Assembly: GCA_013265495.1 (NCBI GenBank)
Contig: MU058839.1
Location: 186,001 to 250,000 of the forward strand
DNA: 64,000 nt
Direction: 5' to 3'
Origin: Vicugna vicugna
Lineage: Eukaryota
The notes beneath the pieces are model-generated. The model saw only the letters and a program-made list of their open reading frames with translations, was not told the DNA's origin and did not search any database. A program made the position numbers and the translations under genes. Positions 39,848-53,399 of this stretch are shown here, one piece after another; the stretch's first letter is position 1, and each line of letters begins with the position of its first letter.

Positions 39848-40297
39848 ATGGTAGATTAAAAATATCTTCAATGTCTTTGCTACTCCTTCCACCAAGAGAC
39901 TCCTTCCTCTCCTTGAATCTCAACAGTCTTAGTGACTTGTTTGATCAATGTGGCAAAGATGGCATTCTAAGACTCATGAGGCTAGGTCATAGAAAGTCTT
40001 ACAGCTACCTCCTGGGCCTCATGAAACTTTCCTTTCTGTTACTCAGCTTCTGTACTGTGATGAAACCCAAGAAACCCTGCAGAGAGATCCACATATAGAG
40101 GAACAGAGACCCCCAAGGAACAGAGCCCAGCTAAGGTTTTAGCTACCAGCTAGCACTATCTTGCTCAATGTGATTGAAGTATCTTGAGCCACACCAGCTG
40201 ACACCATGTAGAGCAGAGAAAAACTGGCACTGCTGGGTCCTACCCAAATTGAAGATTTGGGGGCAATTAACAAAATACTAATAAATGGTTGTTGTTT
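39848..40297 (+). mobile_element. MaLR solo LTR (MLT1G/H-like)
   Basis: 'tggtagattaaaa...tctttgctactccttcc', 'gaggctaggtcatagaaag', 'aataaatggttgttgttttaa'. Confidence 0.7.
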
Positions 40298-41690
40298 TAA
40301 AAAAATTTATAGAAGTATAGTTGATTTACAATATTGTGTTAGTTTCAGGTGTACAGAAAAATGATTCAGTTATACATGTATTTTTTCTAATTTTTTCCAT
40401 TAGAGGTTGATATTGATGACAAGATAGTGAATATAGTTCCTTGTGCAATACAGTAAATTCTTACTGTTTACCTATTTTATAGATAACTGTGTGTATCTGC
40501 TAATCCCATACTCCCTCCCTGACTCTTTCCCCTTTGGCAACCATAAGTTTGTTATGAGTCTGTTTCTGTTTTGCAAATAAGTTTATTTGTATTATTTTTT
40601 AGATTCCACATATAAGTGATATCATATAACACTTGTCTTTCTCTATCTAGCTTACTTCAGTCAATGTGATATCTAGGTCCATCCATGTTGCTGCAAATAG
40701 CATTTGTTTACTCTTTTTAATGGCTGACTAATAGTCCATTGTGTATCTATATATTCCACATCTTCTCTATCCATTCATCTGCTGATGGACTTAGGTTGCT
40801 TCCATATCTTGGTTATTGTAAATAGTGCTGCAGTGAACATTGGGGTACATATGCTTTTTCTAGTTAGAATTTTTATCTTTTCCAGATATATGCCCAGGAG
40901 TAGGATTCTGGATCACATGGTAACTCCATTTTTAGTTTTTTTAAGGAACCTCCATACTATTTTCCATAGTAGCTACACCAATTTACCTTCCCACCAACAG
41001 TGTAGGGAGTTTCCCTTTTCTCCACACCCTCTCCAGCATTTATTACCTATAGACTTTTGATGATGGCCATTCTGACTGGTATGAGATGATATGTCATTGT
41101 AGTTTTGATTTGCATTTCTCTAATAATTAGCGATGTTGAGCATCTTTTCATGTGCCCATTGGCTATCTGTATGTCTTCTTTGGAGAAATGTCTGTTTAGG
41201 TCTTCTGCCTATTTTTTTGATTGTTGTTGTTTGTTTTGATATTGAGATGCATGTATATTTTGAAAATTAACTCCTTGTTGGTCATATCATTTGCAAATAT
41301 TTTCTCTCAGTCTGTAAATTTTCTTTTCGTTTTGTTTATTGTTTTCTTTGCTGTGCAAAAGCTTTTATGTTTGATTAGGCCCCATTTGTTTATTTTTTGC
41401 TTTTCTTTCGTTCTTTTCTTTTGGCCTTGAAAGACTGATCTAAGAAAATATTGCTACAATTTATGGCAGAGAATGTTTTGCCTATGTTCTGTTCTAGGAG
41501 TTTTCTGGTATTATGTCTCACATTTAAGTCTTTAAACTACTTTCAGTTTATTTTTTTAAATGGCATGAGGGAGTGTTCTGACTTCATTGATTTACATGCA
41601 GCTGTCCAGCTTTCGCAACACCGCTTGCCAAAGAGACTGTCTTTTCTCCCTGTATAGACCTGCCTCCTTTGTCTAGGATTAGTTAATCAT
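40298..41690 (-). mobile_element. 5'-truncated L1 (3' UTR plus ORF2 C-terminal remnant)
   Basis: Colinear with the L1 at 26030-27783; begins 'gaagtatagttgatttacaatattgtg'. Confidence 0.9.
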
Positions 41691-43469
41691 CAGTCACCAA
41701 ACTCCTTCTCTTCCCACAATTCCCACATTTATATTCAAAATCACTATATTCACTAAAATATTTTTGAGTGGTACTACCATAAATGGTATTTGGTGTAGAA
41801 TACATGTGGGTTCTCAAATTTATTTAGAGAGTACTGCCATTAAAGTTTTCCTGTGGAAGTCCAAGACCTAGGACTTATTTCTTCTTTCTTTATCAACTCA
41901 ATTTCATGGTTTTATAATTTATGTAAGACTGTTTAAAATACCAGAATTTGAGGACTGTAAGAGCAAATGTTGGATCACAGAATTTCAGGACAGGATTGAT
42001 TCATTCATCCCCTGGGACTGTGTGTCAAGCACTGAGTTTCACATTGAGGATGTATCATTAATGACATGCAGACAGCCTTGACCTTGATGAGCCCATGGTG
42101 ACACCTCTCCTTTAAAGTCCAATGAAACAAAATGCAATAATGTTATTAGGGTGGGGAGAATGTATTAAAGAGAACAAATGACACTAATCATTTGGAATCC
42201 CCTGAATTGCTAGGTCTGGATATTGTTGAACTACTGAATTCAACACCAGATTATCTTAGGGCAGGTAAAAATATTGATCTTGCCCAAGACTGGCACTTAG
42301 GCTCAAAATAAATGTCAAAGTATTGTTCTGTTATGAATTCCCAGATGGAAATGGAAGCTCACTGATGCAATTTAAATTCCATCAAAGGATTAAAAAGGAG
42401 AAGAAATGTAAGAGAAGTTTTGGACATGGTTGTGTACCCTTAGATGTGGTTAATACATCTTAATTCTGCTTGCAAACACTCTTGATATTGAATAACAAGG
42501 AGAAATTGAGATGTGGTGTTGTGAAGCCTGCTTTGCCAGAAGAAGCTGTTTAATCCGTGACCTTTGACATGGACTTTCTTATCTAATACTTCTTTTTGAA
42601 ACCTTTCTCTGCTATACCCCGACAGAACTGTATATCATCCTATTTATTCCTCCTGCTCTATGCTTCCAATTCATATATCTCCTTCAAGTTAAGGAAATAG
42701 GCTACCCCTAGAGTTAAAATATTACTGACAACTCCAAAGTGAAGACAGTTCTAATGGGAAAAACCTTGGCACTATTGCAGGGGGCTTCCAGCACGACTGT
42801 TTCTGGCTATCAGTTAGGAACTGGCAGATGTTAAATGGACATATGTTAGGAAGTAGCTTTCAGAGACTCATGTTTCAAAATGTATAAAAGAAAAACAGAT
42901 GATACCACTTTTTTTTTGGCTTAAACTGGATAACTAGAAAATCATGCCAGATGTGTCCAGATGCTTCTCTGTTTCCTGAGAAAGAATGAGCAAAAGCAGA
43001 AGTGAGATACGTGCTCCTCAGAGTGTGCTTTGGTCTTTCATAAATTTTACATTTCTATTATGATTAAACTATTTGACCAAAATCAGTGGGGCAAAAAACA
43101 ATCAATTGAGTATTTTTATAATTAGTGTAAAATTTATAAACTAATGAATAACCCAATTCTTCATAAGAAGTGGTTAGTGGGAAATCTAAATAGAATCCTG
43201 AGGGAAAACACATCACGGAGAAGCCTAAAATGTGAAGAACAGCTGAATAAGATAGCTTATTCAACTCAATAAGAATTGAAATGTTAATCTCACTTCCTTG
43301 ACATTTTTATCTTAAATGATTCATTCTCACATAGGTACTGTATTAACCCAGGAAAACATACTTAGGTAGTTGGCATTTTCACTGTACAGATTATAGTTTG
43401 ACAAGGACATGTATTGTTTTTGCCTGTTTTGCTGTTCCTCTCCTTCAGGTGACAGCATATCTAATACAT

Positions 43470-43810
43470 ATTTGAGGAAGCACCCCTTTTCTACACCCTA
43501 TGTAGCTGTTCTCCACAACTGGGCTGGATGGTCTCCATGGGTGAGTAGTGATCTGAGATTAGCCAATTAGGGGATTCTAATCTCATGGCTTCGGTGACTG
43601 ATTCAACATTGGGCACAGGGCTCAAGGTAGGCAGTGAGTCCAGGGAGACACATTCTTGGAACTTTTGATAGGGTCATTAAAAAAAAATGGGACTTCTCTT
43701 CCTGTTGGAATTAAACTTATTGGATGTAATCTTTGAGCTCCCAGAAGACATTTTGCCACCATAAAAGAAGGGTCTATTCAAGAATTAAGCCAACATAGAG
43801 GAAAGTAAGG
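43470..43810 (+). mobile_element. Old MaLR/ERVL LTR fragment (MLT1K-like)
   Basis: 'agccaattag...gtgactgattcaacattgggcaca', 'cattttgccacca', 'aagccaacatagaggaaag'. Confidence 0.5.
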
Positions 43811-43832
43811 GGGTGGGAGAGGGGTAGACATA

Positions 43833-44147
43833 CAGTTAGCTTCTTCCACCTGATGGAAGTATCCACAAAACAGCTCAAAGGACATGGCTCAGAATTATTA
43901 TTATCTCTATTATCTATAGCCCTTGAGGAGGAACAAAAGGTCTTTGACTTTGTTTAATGGCTAAAGTATTATTATTTTGTCTTGCTTGACTGTTTTCTGT
44001 TCTTTCTGCATTTTCTCACTTCTCTAAGCAAAGTTAGTCTTTGGAACTCAAGGAAGGCCTAAAAGGCTAAAGTCTACAGACAAGAGGCAGGCAGAGGACA
44101 TGGGGTATCTGTCCATGGAAGGCCCAGTGTGCTCTTGTTCGGTTGCA
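43833..44147 (-). mobile_element. ERV1-class LTR, 5' half only
   Basis: Right end reads tgcaaccgaacaagagc...gggccttccatggacagatacccc on the minus strand, related to the start of the LTR at 26845. Confidence 0.75.
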
Positions 44148-44224
44148 GTTAGGAACTGTGAAATTTTCTATTCTATGTCATTCTACACTCTATTTCTTTC
44201 TTTCTTTTTTCTTTTCTTTTTTTG

Positions 44225-44292
44225 AATGCTATTTGAATCCACTAAATTGATTTCATGGCCCATTTTCAAATTAGCAGTTTGAAAAACACTGA
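44225..44292. mobile_element. hAT-Charlie-like MER terminus
   Basis: 'cactaaattgatttcatggccca...gcagtttgaaaaacactg'. Confidence 0.5.
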
Positions 44293-44389
44293 CCTAAAGA
44301 GCTGTTGGGAAGTACCAGCAGATGTCACTGTAGGTGACCACACCAATGTGACCTGCCAGGAACCACAGCATCTGCTTTAGTGTGTTTAT

Positions 44390-44740
44390 TTTAATTTATT
44401 TATTTTTGTATAAGCGATGTAGACATGACTTTCTACATTTCAAAAATGTAAAAGGGCATACAGTCAAAATTCAAAGATATCTTCTACATAAACAAGTATA
44501 CACACATTCTTTTTTCCTTGTTTTACATAAAGAATAGCATAGTTACAACATTGTTCTATAGCTTTCTTATCTTCCATTAGCATATCTTAATGATTATTCC
44601 GCCAATACCAAAAAAGAAAGCATCCCCATTCTGTTCATGGCCACATAATATTTCACTGTACCTTATGCCATTATTTATTGAACCAGGCACCTACTGACTA
44701 CACATTCAGGTTGTTTCCAATGCTTTGTTTTTGCAGTACA
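44390..44740 (-). mobile_element. Ancient L1ME-like 3' fragment
   Basis: 'cctactgactacacattcaggttgtttccaatgctttg'. Confidence 0.6.
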
Positions 44741-46634
44741 GGTAAATAATAAAAATATTTGCTGAACTGACAGCTTAGGTATATATAACCCAAATGATCT
44801 CTAGAATGTTTATGAAAATAATGAATGTGTCTAGTAAAGGTAAAGTGTTATTAATTACTAATCTCACTTTACCTGGGAGTTATATGTATATAATTACATA
44901 TACATATATACATTAAAAAAAAATAAATGACTGGAACATCTTCTATAGGGACCACAACTTTGGACCACCAAGTAGAAGGTCCATGACTAGTTCTTTAAGC
45001 CTTAAGTTTCAGGATACTTACGGATTTCTCCCAAATCTCTCTTACCACATTACCCATCTTGACTCCAGTGGCTATGCTGGCCACTGGAAGCCTTAATCCA
45101 GTTTGGTCTCTTAAATGGTACTGGCGCCACAGTGTTCCATGTATGGCTGTCTCTTGACTCCTCTGACCACTGGGTTTAATGACTTCTGTGGCTTGTGTTT
45201 CAGTACACTGCAAAAATATGTGTCTTCTGTCTCACGTTTTGAGACTAGGAACAAGAGCCTACAGAATAAAACAACTTTCTCTGAGTTCTTTTCCTTTTTC
45301 TTGCAAAAATTCCTTTAGCTCCCTGGTCCACAGTTATGACTTTGCAACTAAGGCTGTTGGCAGGAATTAACCAAAAAAATTATCTTTTGGCTATTTCTAA
45401 GTCAATGGGAGCTAAAAGCTCAAAATGTGTTTTTTCTCATGTTTCTCACTCATAGTTAGCTTTCACCATCAATGTTGTTAATAGTAATGTGTGATAAGAA
45501 ATCTCTTTTGTGAAATTTATTTAAAGCTTTATTTTCTTCATTCTTTGTCTATCTATTTATTTATTATTTTAGCCAAAGTAAGTTTGCATCACTTCCAACT
45601 GTAAAGTTGCTTTTCAGGATCTCACCTGTTACTTACTTGAGACTATAAAGGGTCCAGGAGCCAAGCTGGAACTCATAAATATTGTACCAATGCTCAGACC
45701 TGCCAGGCCAGCTACCATATATAACCCTTATGTTGTACTCAGTAGGTCAACCCACAGACCTCAAATGACAGCTGTGTGGTACTTTCCAAGTGCCCTTTGT
45801 GCCAAGGAAAAGTCTAGGTAGTTAGATATATAGCCATTGTTCCCTTTTGTACCCAGGATGTCTTCACATTAATAAAGCAAACCAACAGTAAATATTTCAA
45901 CCTTCTCTAACTACACTTTAAAGTTTGGAAGGGAAACTTTTGTTTTTTAAAAAAAATTCATTCTGGTGAAATTCAAAATAGCCTGAAACTATAAAATTTG
46001 GGGAAATTTTGTTTCTTATTTTAAATTTAAAATGCTCCCAGACAAGAGAGAATTTTAAGTTACGAAAATACCTCATTTATCTCTGTGACATTTATAGAAT
46101 ATTTTTATTAGATATAATTTCATTTTTGTTAATGTAGGTTCTTAACTCCATCAAATGCTTAATGCAGTAAAACTTTTAAGGCCGTATTTATTATCAGAGG
46201 CATGCAAACCATTTTTGATGGTAGTATTTTTAAAAGCTACATGAAAGTCAGGATGGGAGACTATCTCTGCTTGGCAGTATTAAAAATTGATATATTCTTA
46301 CATCTGCAGTCCCTCCTCACTTGCAATATCCAATCAAAATAAAACAAATTATGACATTAAATCTTGAAGGCAGTAATACACCAAGGATGTTCACAAATCC
46401 CATGATTGTATGTTGTATGTGGGTACGTGGTCAGTTGAAACATTTCCATCATAAACAGAAGGAATCAGAGATGAGAAACCACTCTCATTTGGTTTCAATC
46501 ATAAAGGTTCTACTTTTCCAAAAATACCTGCTACTAGAAAAAGTACGTTCAAAGGGTCTACACTTAAAACTGTAGCAAAGGCAATACTTTGTGTTCACTT
46601 GGTCTGTTTCATTTTTTTCTCCTGAACACAAGGA

Positions 46635-46915
46635 AAAATAGCATCTTACAACTTTCCTCATAGCTGGTTGCAGCCATGCAGCTAATTGGCCACTGGTCTG
46701 TAAATGGAGTGAAAGGTGCCTCTACCACAACAATTAAGGCTACCTGTTGAGATGGCACAACTGCAAGGTGGAAGCTGCCTGCATCCCTGGGTCACTATAT
46801 TGTGGACAGTACCATTCATGCATTAGCATTTTACAAGCAGGAAATAAACCTTGGTTGTGTTAAGTCATAAAGATTTCAGGATTAGTTTGTTACTGCAGGA
46901 TAGCCTAGCCTGTCT
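46635..46915 (+). mobile_element. Old MaLR LTR (MLT1J-like)
   Basis: 'gaaataaaccttggttgtgttaagtca...tttgttactgcaggatagcctagcc'. Confidence 0.6.
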
Positions 46916-47380
46916 GAAGTGTCCTGATCAAGGAAAGAAATTTTCAATATAAATAGTGGAAAAAATTATTTGATTGGGAATTTATCTTAAAAAGAAAAAT
47001 TATGGAAATCAGTTTATTTTCTCTTATCATTAATAAAATGTAGATTATAACTTTATAATTGTGCTTGAAATAGAGCATGAATCAAATGTTGAGCTTTTGA
47101 CATTTTTTCCCTTTAAGGACTCATACATGCCTACTGGGCTTCACAAAACTACTCTAAAAATGGAGTATGCGCATTTACCACCCTTTGAAATTACTAAATT
47201 GAAATAGAATACACATCCTAAGGATTTCTCTTGGGTGAAAGTGTGAAATTTAACCATTGAAAGACAGTTATAATTTTTTAAAGTTAAAAACTATTCAGTT
47301 CTTGGAAAATTCTTTCAGAAGTTTTAGAAAAGATGGTATATAAAAAATATGTTACATACTTCTTTTTTAAAAACATTTTT

Positions 47381-47635
47381 NNNNNNNNNNNNNNNNNNNN
47401 NNNNNNNNNNNNNNNNNNNNNNNNNNNNNNNNNNNNNNNNNNNNNNNNNNNNNNNNNNNNNNNNNNNNNNNNNNNNNNNNNNNNNNNNNNNNNNNNNNNN
47501 NNNNNNNNNNNNNNNNNNNNNNNNNNNNNNNNNNNNNNNNNNNNNNNNNNNNNNNNNNNNNNNNNNNNNNNNNNNNNNNNNNNNNNNNNNNNNNNNNNNN
47601 NNNNNNNNNNNNNNNNNNNNNNNNNNNNNNNNNNN
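47381..47635. other. Assembly gap (255 N)
   Basis: Run of n. Confidence 1.
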
Positions 47636-47768
47636 CGTAATGGAAGTTAAAAAAAAAAAGTCAACAACAGAAAGATCTCTAGAAAATACTCAAATATTTG
47701 GAAACAAAATAACATACTTTTAAATAACTCATGAGTCAATGATGGATTCAAAAGGGAATTTAGAAAGC
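47636..47768 (+). mobile_element. Old L1 ORF2 fragment (just downstream of the endonuclease domain)
   Basis: 'caaatatttggaaacaaaataacatacttttaaataactcatgagtcaa' resembles decayed 'WKLNNTLLNNPWVK'. Confidence 0.65.
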
Positions 47769-48189
47769 TTTTTTAAACATTTTTTATTGATTTATAATCA
47801 TTTTACAATGTTGTGTCAAATTCCAGTGTTCAGCACAATTTTTCAGTCATTCATGGACATATACACACTCATTGTCACATTTTTTTCTCTGTGATTTATC
47901 ATAACATTTTGTGTATATTTCCCTGTGCTATACAGTGTAATCTTGTTTATCTATTCTACAATTTTGAAATCCCAGTCTATAAGCTTGTTTCCTATGTCTG
48001 TGAGTCTGTTTATGTTTTGTAAATAAGTTCATTTGTGTCATTTTTTAAGATTTCACATATAAATGATAGCATATGATATTTGTCTTTCTCTTTCTGGCTT
48101 CACTTAGTATGACAGTCTCCAGGTCCATCCATGTTGCTGTAAATGGCATTACTTTATTCTTTCTTAGAGCTGAGTAATATTCCATTGTT

Positions 48190-48228
<39 letters not shown>

Positions 48229-48302
48229 GTGTATATATATACACATACTAAAACTTCTTTATGCCAGTCATCTGTCAATGGACATTTAGGTTGCTTCCAC
48301 AA
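47769..48302 (-). mobile_element. Chimeric L1 3' end
   Basis: 47769-47978 matches the 3' tip of the 53974-54415 type; the remainder matches the 26280-type body. Confidence 0.85.
48190..48245. repeat. (TG)n/(TA)n microsatellite within L1
   Basis: Direct reading. Confidence 0.9.
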
Positions 48303-51300
48303 CATGTTCTTCCTCAGTGACGATCATCTATTCTCATCAGGGAATAAATTAAAGAATTGGCATCAAAGTAATCTGTGGACTAAGATCTTTCCCAAAGTGA
48401 TGAGTCTGCAGGATAAAGAGGGGTTAGTTAGAAAAGAAAGAGGGTAAGGATATTTCTAAATGGAAGAAAGAGTGTATATATAGAAAGACACACAGATAAA
48501 AGAGGGACAAAATTTGCAAACAGTCATCAGCTCAAAGTTTAACTTAATAAATACTTGCTGTGAATATTGAATGAAAGGACAAATATTATATAAGGAATTT
48601 TTACCAGAAAAAAAGTAATTATTTTGCTCAATCAGCCATGCAAATTACGTAAACTGAATGAAATTAAATTAAGCCTAAAAAAACCTGGCTATGTTAGTGA
48701 TCTGAATGAATAAAAGTCAAACTACCAAAATCTCTAACCAGTAAACTTAGTGTCTTAATCTGCTGGTCATTGTCAACACAGCACCCTGCTTGATACATGG
48801 GGAGGCTGTCTGGACAGCTCTGCAGATTGACATGTGCGAACCTCTCTCCAGATACTATAAAAAATTTTGGAGGAGAACCTTAAAGTATACTTCACCACAG
48901 GGTGGAAGACCTTCATTTTTAATTGTAGCATTTTTTAAGTCTATCAATGGTAAGGACAGGTCAAAATCCAGTGGCTTTCAAATGTTAACACCCCAGTGAC
49001 ACACTGAGTGGTATGAAAAGTATTTCTTCCCTTGGGGGATACAATTTTTAAAATAAACACTTTCATTTTCTTAGACTGCTCATTTTCTCAGTTGGGAGAA
49101 TAGAATGTCTCCCAAAATTACAATTCGTGTCCAAAAGCCAGCATGAAAAGAAGCCACTCTCAGCATATTTAGCTGAAGAACATCTCTGCCTCTATGAGGA
49201 CAGTATTTTGACTATGAAGGTCATGAGATTTTTGCCTTTAACAGAATACTTCCAGTTGTTTAATCTTTACATTCTTCTGAACTGATTGTTTCCATGTCTG
49301 TAAGATTCCTGTAGCTGCATCAACAGTGACTAGAAGGCTGAGGAACAGTTCCCCATGCAGAGCCAGAACTGCGACCAAGTTCTGTCACTTCATTTCTCTG
49401 GATCTCATTGTCCTCATCTGTGCTAATGTCATAGGAGTGATAAGAGAATCATATAAAATAAAATAGCTTTTTGAAATCATAGAATGCTATCATTAAAATT
49501 GTTGTAGAAGTCTCCTAAACTTGAAATTACCTCCTGTTTGAGTTAAATTCATTTTTATTGCAATGAGAAAGAATTAACAGGATACCAACAGATAGAGCAT
49601 TTCATAGTCCCTTCATTCAATATGAATTCCCAATTAATAGTTGGCTGCTTCCATTTCTTTGCCTAACGATGAGAATCTTCATCTGTCTGAGCTGTCCTGA
49701 GCCCCGGGATTGAGGTCTCTTAGTTGGCGACTGGGGAGCATATGACAGAAATTTTTTTCTGTAGTTCTAAATCCAAGTCTCTATGGGAATTCCCTGCATA
49801 AAGGGTATATTCTGATCCTTTTTAAAATTTATTTTCCACATAGTAAAACTGTGACCTCAATGAGAAACTCAGTTATAGATTCATTGCAGGAGATGCACAG
49901 ATATTACTCACATACTGCATTCCAAAAATACACTCTCTTTTTCAGAAAAGGGCCCTGTGACTTGGCATACTTTGCCGAAAAACAATGGTTATGAGCTAGT
50001 AATTCCCCGTGTTCCCATCAGAAAAAAATCATTGCATGGAAATGCCAGGGGTCTCTATCCCATTTGGAAATTTTTAGGATGCTCTCTCATAGCAAGCAGT
50101 GTGTTATGACTGGAAAAGGACTGCCCCAAAGTAAGGAGAGCCAGAGTCTAGTCTGGTCATCCTGCTTTATACTGTGTAAACCTGACAAGTCACAACCTTT
50201 GTTGTATCTGTTTCTTGACTAGCAAAACAAGTCTATATGATCTCCGAGACCCCTTACAGTCTAAGACACCATGATTTTCCTTGAGACATCTGTCTTTAAA
50301 TATACAAATCATGATGTAGTGTAATTGGAGGGGAGAACAAAAAAGAGTTTGAATCTCTCAGTCTGTCTGTTTCAATGACTTAAATAAAACCCTACAATTT
50401 TTAATTAGAAAGGCAAAATCTTTTATGGTGCTATTAAAGGACCAGTCACAATTTTCTCTTCTTCATGTAAATATAGAAGGATGCTATCTGCATATAGGCT
50501 AATTTTGTCCACCACTGAACCAGAACAGATCCAATGACTAGGCCTGAACATCTATCTCAGTGAGATTGCAAAGGGCATTGATGAGAGAGATGAGAGGAGG
50601 TAAGGTCTCTGAATCAAACAAATTATTTATTTGTATCTAAAAGCCGTGGTGTCTATTCAAATGCCATGTTTTTGAAGAGGACAAATATTCCTTGGCTAGT
50701 TTAAAAGCTATGAAGGAATTTTGGGGTTTCTATTCAATAGAATAAAAGGCAAGAACTAAGAATTCTAAGTTCAGTTCAGGATTGAAATGCCCCTGAGTGT
50801 CAGCATACTGCTAGATATATACTAAATGCATAATTTCCCAGATATCGCTGATGGTGCCTCTCAGCTTACTGATAACTTTGAAAATTAATTTGATCCAGCA
50901 ACAAAAGTTGTCAACATGTTATTTTAAGTTAGTGAGATCAAGGTTTAAGTATAGGGGAAGTCATCTGAGAAATGCTGAACTTAACAACAATAACATAAAG
51001 CCTTGATTTTTATCCATACAAAGGTAATCTTAATAAATTCAAATAAACAAAAAATAAAAATTGAAAAATTAAAGTCACCTGGAAGTCCACCAGCCCATTA
51101 ATATTTTCATGTGTTTTCCTACGTATTTTTTTCTTATACAGGTAGGGTTGCTTGTTTTTTAAAAAAAAGTGGAACCATAGTACACATACTGCTTTTTAAT
51201 ATGCTTTTGTCACCAAGCTATTGAACATCTTCACACATCCCTGAATTTTCATGTATAAACAGCCACTTTCAACCTGGCACTCTGAGGGGACCTAGAGCTC

Positions 51301-51699
51301 CCTCTGAGATTCCTGCAGGGTTTTCAGGGTTTGGAATACGGATCAGAGCACTTCCCCTCTCCCCACCAGCCCAAATCCAACCTTCATCAACAGAAGAATT
51401 TTTAAAATATGATTTCTCTTTTTTAAAAAGTTATTTGTTTAAAAGTTTCTGCTGCTAAAAAGAAAAAATAAAAATCAGTGCTCTATATCAGTTTTACTAT
51501 CTATAATTTTTAGCACATTGTATCATATTTTGATTAATAGCTCCCTTTGGACATAGTAGATAAGATTCAGACTTCCTAGATTTGAATCCCAACTCTGTCA
51601 CTGACAAGCTGTGTCACCGTGGTGGCTTTTAAATACCCACAAATTCTTTGGCACTCCTGCCATGAATATAGATATAGATAGATATTAATCAAGAACCTA

Positions 51700-52600
51700 T
51701 ATTAATCAGAAAGCCTTCAGCTTCAATGACTAATAATCCAACCCAAAATGATTTCTGTGGGGAAAAAGAATTTATTTATTGGCTTGCATAGCTATTCATA
51801 TTAGCTTCAGGTCAGGCTGTATCCAAGTACTCATCAAGTCTCAGTCTATTTCTAACTCTTGATCTCTTAGCCATCCTTTCTTTTGTGCTAACTTTATTTT
51901 CAAATTTATATTCATGTCAGGGCCCCTGAAATTTCCAGGTTTATATCTATCAGTTTTATGTTATAGTCAGAGTTCTAACTTATAACCGCAGACTCTGACT
52001 CTGAGGATTAAACAGAAAGTGAGTTTATTAAAAGACTACTTTAAAAAAAAAAAAAAGACTACTTTGTAGGCTACTACTTTGTAGGCAAAAGAACCGTCCC
52101 TGCAGCCAAACTACCATGATGCTGCTGCTGGCACTACCAACACTGGGTTCTGTGTTTACACTGGTACCAAAACCTCGAATACTGATGGCAGTAAGTCCGC
52201 TCCAAGTCTAGAAACTCAACCGTGCAACCATGCCACCCTCAAAAGCCATACATCTTACTTGTTATCCTTGCTAGTCAGATAGGTCCCCCAGAGCTTCCTC
52301 CCTTGAGCTGTTGACTTCCTTATGAGAGTTTCACATGACAGAGTGACTGATAAAGGTATATAGGTCACATGCCTATTTCCTTACTGCTAAAGAGATACTT
52401 GGTAAGGCAGAACTCATAAAGAGAAATTCTGTGAAACTTGGAAATTTTGTTCAAAAATGCTGGGCTAAAATCATAATGAATATCCAGAAGAGCAGCTCCA
52501 GGGAAGAAAGAGTCTTTTGACATGTTCTGCCAAAAATTTCAGATCTAACTTTCATGGTCCTGACTAGATCATGTATTGAGGCTCAACAATCACTCTCCTG
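51700..52600 (-). mobile_element. Nested old MaLR LTR fragments
   Basis: 'aatttatttattggcttgcata...gcttcaggtcaggctgtatcca', 'taggtcacatgcc'. Confidence 0.5.
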
Positions 52601-53399
52601 TTTGGGAACCAGGATTCGTCACATTCCCACTTCTAGAGCTTAAATTTACAGCCAGTCTCATGTGATCCATGTGAATAAAAATGGGGCTGATAATCAAGGA
52701 AGAATGGATACTGGCAAAACCACCCAGTATCTGCCACATAGCCCCACCCTCGTCTTTATAGGGCACCACTGAACCCCTAAACCAGTTTGCACTACCCACT
52801 CCTCCGTGGTGTTCCCTGAACTACAAGTCATGTCTAATTCAGGCTGCAAATCCCTGACTATCTTGTACTCAAGTCCACCCCTTCCTAAGCCAGGAACAGG
52901 AGTATTATGCAGAATCATGCTTATTCTGCCATCTTGGTTTTAGGAACAAAAGATACAGAGGTGGGAAGAGGGAAGAGAACCCTTTTGGGGAAACTACTTT
53001 GGGAACAAAAAGAAAAGGAAGAAGTTAGTCTCTTCAAGGCAGAGCAATTTTTGCATTCCATCTGCAAGTAGCAGAAGTTTATGCTATTTGTCTTCTCATT
53101 CTACTCTAAATTTACCCATGTATTTAGGATTCTTAGTAAAAGAGTAAGAAACAGAAGCAAACAGAGGTGAAAGAACAGAATTTCAATGGCTCTACTCATT
53201 TCTAAGAACGATGGTACCATCTCCCACTGCTTCATATATATATATTTTTTCTGTTGATTTTTGATTTTATGTCTTCTTGTACTCTGAGATGTAAAGCAAG
53301 ATAGTAATTGAACTATTTTTGTTAATGTCATATTTTATAAACATTTATTTTAATTACACATTGGGCAACCCAGCTAAAAATAGAAGAAAAAAAAACACA

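Noticed and set aside
47333..47723. ORFs of 105 and 124 aa
   Set aside because: Artefacts of the N gap
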